Assembly: GCA_965202585.1 (NCBI GenBank)
Contig: OZ241828.1
Span: 24,490,001-24,554,000, forward strand
From: Thalia democratica
Lineage: Eukaryota
Length of the DNA: 64,000 nucleotides
Direction of reading: 5' to 3'
Both the position numbers and the translations under genes were made by a program. Below, one piece after another: positions 58,750 through 64,000 of this stretch (position 1 is its first letter; every line of letters starts with the position of its first letter). The notes beneath the pieces were generated by a model. The model searched no databases and was not told where the DNA came from. It worked only from the letters and a program-made list of their open reading frames with translations.

Positions 58750-59070
58750 ATGTCCTTTACCCCTCGTAACCACAATAGACCTTTTAGTTATAACGACAGT
58801 AGTTATGTACCTCTTAATAACTATAGCTCAGACGGCTACAACGCCAGTAGGTCAGTCAGTTACAATGCCAGTGGATCAGATTGTTATAGCCGTAGATCAC
58901 ATTAGTATAACACTATTACATGTGGTTGTAGTCGCCTTAATAACAGTAAGTCAGATCGATATGTTACTAGGTCAGCTGTAATAATGACATTAGTTCTCAT
59001 AGTTATAATCACCCTAGGTCAGATCGTTATACAACTTTTAGGTCACATGGTTATAAAATCATGTAATCCT
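58750..59070 (+). pseudogene. Low-complexity Ser/Arg/Tyr/Asn-rich ORF remnant
   Basis: ATG at 58750 gives MSFTPRNHNRPFSYNDSSY...YNASRSVSYNASGSDCYSRRSH, stop at 58903-58905, then SKSDRY, a frameshift, and HPRSDRYTTFRSHGY; degenerate aggtcagatcgttat repeats. Confidence 0.4.
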
Positions 59071-59107
59071 ATATTTGAACAGATATTAACTAAACGAATT
59101 TTATCAC

Positions 59108-59240
59108 GCTCCTTTGGTTTAGTCATTTGTTTGGAAGTCATTCAGTTTCGTTGACCCACGACGCGTCACTGTCTTTACCCTCAACAGCTTTCGGCATTAG
59201 TATCAAAATCTGCCACAAACAATTTGACGTCGTCAGTGTT
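59108..59240 (-). repeat. Dispersed repeat of about 120 bp, copy 2 (see 21997-22115)
   Basis: The reverse complement aligns with 21997-22115 apart from a short insertion (gagggtaaag). Confidence 0.8.
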
Positions 59241-59657
59241 TCCCTTTTGTGTAAAAAACCATCAGCCCTAAAGGCATAAACTAACAATAAAGTAACATAT
59301 ATGCTACTAGATTTAAATTAAACGTTAGATGAATTAAATAAAGAAGCTGTTAGTTTATATGTTCAATTGCACACATTAATGAAAAATAGTATATTAATTT
59401 GCTAAGGGTTACCATAAATAAATTTCTTAAAATAGTTTTTAGGTTAAGTATATCTGTTGAGTAAAAACTAAAACAAATAAAATGAATATTAATTTCAAAT
59501 TTGTTTATATTAAATATCTAGGAGCACGGTCGCACACGTGTAAACTTTCTCTTCCCTTTACGAGCTTTTTATTTTACTGGCATGCGTCTCGCCAAAGACA
59601 AAAATTATAACAATCCAACAGATAAGAGCTAAAATAATCTATTACGCTTGGGAGCCG

Positions 59658-60088
59658 ATCATTTCTAACCCGCTATCATTTCTAACCCGTTCACTTCTAA
59701 CCCGATCACTTCTAACCCGATCATTTCTAACCCGATCACTTCTAACCCGATCACTTCTAACCCAATCACTTCTAACCCGATCACTTCTAACCCGATCACT
59801 TCTAACCCGATCACTTCTAACCCGATCACATCTAACCCGATTATTTCTAACTCGATTACTTCTAACCCGATCCCTTCTAACCCGATCACTTCTAACCCGA
59901 TCAGTTTTAACCTGATCATTTCTAACCCGATCACTTCTAACCCAATCACTTCTAACCCGATCATTTTTAACAAGATCATTTCTAACCCGATTATTTCTAA
60001 CCCAATTTAGCCCAATCATTTCTAACCCGATCATTTCTAATCTGATTATTTCTAACCCGATCACTTTTAACCTGATCATTTCTAACCC
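59658..60088 (+). repeat. 15-bp minisatellite array (left arm), about 28 units
   Basis: (ATCACTTCTAACCCG)n with minor variants, read directly. Confidence 0.97.
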
Positions 60089-63000
60089 ATTTTACTTGTT
60101 TATCTTATTTTTCAATCTATATTTAATTCAAAAACAAACTAGTCTTAATAAAAAATATTAAAGTATTTTATTATTAGCTTCTTAAAAACATTATGATTTT
60201 AATGTGTTACGTAAAAAACATTGTTAGTATAAACTTCAATTTTAGTATTAGCTTAACATAGGTTTAATTTACTTTTATCACCTTATTTTTTGTTCTACAC
60301 ATAATTTAATTTTTTTTTTCATTATTTCATACTTTTTTGTTCTTTCAATTTACTTTAACAGACGTTTTTCGTTAATGATATACAATTGACTAAAATGTTT
60401 ACGTTACAATATTTTGAACTATTCTTTGTAGGATTTTAAAGTAAGCAATTATAACTATATTTAAGTTGGATCATATAATATATTGACGTGACTATAATAA
60501 TTTTATCATAAGCAAATTTAAAACATTAAACCTTTACAATAGTAATATTCAGATACAAAATCCTTTATATTACGGTCTAAAAACTAAAGTGTAAGTCTGT
60601 TGTAAATGTTATATTATTGCTGACTAGTGTATTAACGTTTTATAGTAGGTTAGTTTTAAGTTTCATTTTAATAACTTTAACAAATTGTTATACAACTTGT
60701 ATAGGCCTATTAAGATAATGCAATTCAAGCAAACACTAGGAGAAATTAAATACTTTTGTTATATTAACTTAAAAAGCCTGATTTTTAGGTATAACCTAGA
60801 TATTAAAACCGTTATGTCATATAATAAACCGCAAAAGTATTTTACGTCGATTGAACGTCTTGATTTCACATCATTAATAAACTCCTACTTATTCCTAGAG
60901 AAAAAAAAGTCACTAACAATTAAACAGGCATGTTTATTTGTATAACAAGTCCGAGGTTAATCAAATCTCGCCCAGGTAATCTTCTTTAAAACATTCACTT
61001 AAATATATATAATATAAAAATGTTTTGACTACGACTTAAATTAGTACTTTAGTTGACAAAAATTTATTAAAAATTTACTTTGTTATGAACAGTTGAAATA
61101 ACGTAATTAAAAACGAAATAAGTACTTAAAAAACATTTTAAATACAGTAATAAATTGATTAAAATTAAATCAAGTATAACTAGGAGCAGAAGTTTACAAA
61201 AACTACATCAAGTTTTTTGTTTCCTTTAATCGACTATTTATTCAGACAATTTTTACACGCAACAAATTTACTTTTTATTCATTACAGTAAAGCCAGCTTG
61301 AAGTCTATTGACTTTATTCTCGGTGCTTCTTTGCACCTCTAAATTTTTATAAATGTCTTGAGTTTTCTCTTCATTAGAAATTAAAGTCTATATTACAGTT
61401 TCACAACACAAAGCAATTTTATTGTTTTATTATAAGTTTTAAAAATACATAAATTAATTAAGTAACTTATGCTTATGTTTCATATTTAATTATCGCTAAA
61501 TAATCTTAATTTTTTGTGTTTTCGGAAACCTGTGAAACATAACTTTTAAAAAATATCAAGAAATTTTTTAAAGAAGTATCTATTATTAATCGTGAGAAAC
61601 TGTTTTTGCCATTTTAAATTTTGAAAACTTTGAAATTATCATGATAAATGTAAGTTTTTTTGTATTATATACAACATATTTTGAAAGAAAAAAAACAAAA
61701 TGATATGTTTTTAACACTTAACTTTTATATTTAAGTTTATTATATAACATTCCTTATGTAATTTTTAAATATAATTTAACTTTGGCTTAAAGAAAGAAAA
61801 TTAAATTTAAGTTCTAGTAAATGACGGGTTCTAAATGTTGCAAAACGTCTACCTCTACTTTTGACTTATTAAACAGTTTACATTTTTGTTTTAAGAACTT
61901 AAAATTTTATAATGATAACTTTAAATGAAACAACCATACTAAACACGATTACTAAATTTTATTAAGTTTATTATTTCAAGTTTCATAGATACTCATATTA
62001 TTATTCTTAAAAAGTTGTATTTCAAATAAATTCGCCCTAAATTTAAATGCAACTTGCCATTTTGGTCTCCACACTTAAAAAATGTGTATTAACTATATAG
62101 AATATCTTCAAAAAAGGTAGAGAATAGTCTTTAAATGCTTCAATATTCATTATACTTCTTACATTTACGACTATCAAAACTTAATATTTAATCTTTACAA
62201 TACTAAAGATTTATACTTTTTCTAATTCCTTTTTTAACTAATTAACTACAGTTAGTTCATAATCCATTTTTAAACATTTTTTAAATAATTAATTACCACA
62301 AAAATAAACCATTGATTCATAAACCTAACGAAAATGAATCATTATAAACCATTGATAAAATATGTAGAATTTGGTTCATTCTACAGTTTGATTTTATTAG
62401 CAGCGCCTTTTTTCTGTAAATAATAAAAGGTTTTTCAATATTTTCGATAGATATTTATTTAGCCTGTATTCCTAATGTGCTTTGGACTTTAAATTTAGTA
62501 GTTAGTCAATGCACTTGATTTTTTTATTTTGTTTACAATTTTCTGTACCTTAATTCCAATAATATTTATTTTAATCGAATCGATTATGCTTTGGCAAAGC
62601 AAAAAAAATAATAGATAAAAAATTAATGAAATACCAAACGGTTGCACAAATGTACAGAACCTAACTCTAAAAGTCAGGATGTGTATATCCGGTTGATGTT
62701 TCAACAAGAATAAATTTTATTATGAACTTTTGTAGTTTGTTTGAATTCTGACATTTTAGTATGTTTAAAAAGAATTTTATAAAAGTATTTATGTAACTTC
62801 TTTTAATAAGGAAGTGCGTAAAATAGACTATTTTGCTGATTGCTGCTCTAAAATCATTGAAATAATTTACTAAATCGTCTCAATATGTGTTGCTGAATTT
62901 TTAAGAGAAAGTTTTTTGTTGAAAAGAAATCGGAAGTTAATTATAAGCTTAAAGATTGTGCAACTGTGTTTGGTTTTATTGGAGCTCACTGATCGATGAA

Positions 63001-63420
63001 AGAATTGATATTAAACTTGCTTATTATGGAGTTTAAACCAAATGTTTTAAAAACCTGTTCCTTCAAATCATAAATAAGTCAACTAGTATTATACTGAAGT
63101 ATAAATCTTTTTTGCTGTTAATCTATAAATATTAGTTAAAACTATAGTTTTTTATTTTAAGGTATATAAATTTGCGTCTCTTTGTTAAGTGTCATTCAGT
63201 TTAAGTGGCTTAGCTTTTGATGCCGAAGTCAAACGTAGAATAAAAAACTTCCAACAGCAATGATCATCAAAAACTAAATTTTAATAAAAGCTATCTGAAC
63301 ATTAAGTTTAATTTTATACAAAAATAATTATATTTTATTAAATAACGACTTTGTTGAGATTAATTTGTTTTTAAAACAAACCCTAATTTCAAAACAATAA
63401 TAAACAAACATACTAATACA

Positions 63421-63785
63421 GATCGGGTTAGAAATGATCGGGTTAGATATAATCAGGTTAGAAATGATCGGGTTAGATATGATCGGGTTATAAGTGATCG
63501 GGTTAGAAGTGATCGGGTTAGAAGTGATCGGGTTAGAAGGGATCGGGTTAGAAGTAATCGAGTTAGAAGTGATCGGGTTAGAGGTGATCGGGTTAGAAAT
63601 AATCGAGTTAGAAGTGATCGGGTTAGAAGTGATCGGGTTAGAAGTGATCGGGTCAGATATGATCGGGTTAGAAATGATCGGGTTAGAAGTGATCGGGTTA
63701 GAAGTGATCAGGTTAGAAGTGATCGGGTTAGATGTGCAGGGTTAGAAGTGATCGGGTTAGAAATGATAGCGGGTTAGAAATGATA
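63421..63785 (-). repeat. 15-bp minisatellite array (right arm, inverted), about 24 units
   Basis: (GATCGGGTTAGAAGT)n is the reverse complement of the left-arm unit. Confidence 0.97.
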
Positions 63786-64000
63786 GTAAACCTGTACGCT
63801 TGCCTTAGTAGATTTTAGATGCTAAGTTTTTAATAACTAAGTTGGTTTTTTTTTCAATTGATCTTGCGGAAATTAAAAATTACTCTTACTACTAATTACG
63901 TTTTGTTATACATTATACAAGCTTAGATCTAAAATACCGACCAAATTAAAAAACAACTTCTGTTTACTTAAACATAAAATGGCTTAGCCTTAGTATAATT

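Larger units (their letters stand above)
59650..63792. mobile_element. Foldback-type, MULE-like non-autonomous element of about 4.1 kb with tandem-repeat TIRs
   Basis: GG...CC termini, inverted arrays of the 15-mer TTCTAACCCGATCAC at both ends sharing the same variant second unit (cgctatcatt), 9-bp flanks ATTACGCTT (59641-59649) and TGTACGCTT (63793-63801), AT-rich interior with no transposase ORF. Confidence 0.8.

Noticed and set aside
59642-63745. Track ORFs 59642..60079, 59665..59979 and 63494..63745 (VIGLE and SDRVR repeats) as genes
   Set aside because: They are stop-free translations of the 15-bp minisatellite in several frames, with no unique coding sequence.
59658-63785. 15-mer arrays as CRISPR or as true telomere/interstitial telomeric repeat
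   Set aside because: There are no unique spacers and the context is eukaryotic; the unit is 15 bp with only one TAACCC, not (TTAGGG)n.

Overview
Very AT-rich, intron-containing metazoan (invertebrate) genomic DNA; no rRNA, true tRNA or CRISPR features were found. Left end: the last five exons of a concentrative nucleoside transporter (SLC28/CNT family, + strand, 767-5433), with short copies of exon edges in the adjacent introns that differ mostly at synonymous sites. Centre (about 7.4-52.7 kb, all on the - strand): a tandem array of an intronless gene family I do not recognise (called family X here, about 410-480 aa, two RRM-like repeats plus an unassigned C-terminal domain). It has 7 near-complete copies and at least 4 fragments, arranged in three higher-order blocks of roughly 10-11 kb that also carry decayed Kelch-repeat genes and, in two blocks, a decayed RBX1/APC11-like RING-H2 gene. 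The array is interrupted by two hAT elements with perfect 8-bp TSDs, a nested MULE-like MITE, a Penelope-like GIY-YIG remnant and a tRNA-derived SINE. Right end: a two-exon secreted Cu/Zn-SOD-like gene lacking the metal-binding histidines, an inverted paralog fragment of it, a 93-bp palindrome carrying a minimal hammerhead-ribozyme motif, and a 4.1-kb foldback/MULE-like element whose inverted arms are arrays of a 15-mer containing the telomeric hexamer. All calls come from manual reading and recalled family motifs; no searches were run, and boundaries of decayed features are approximate.
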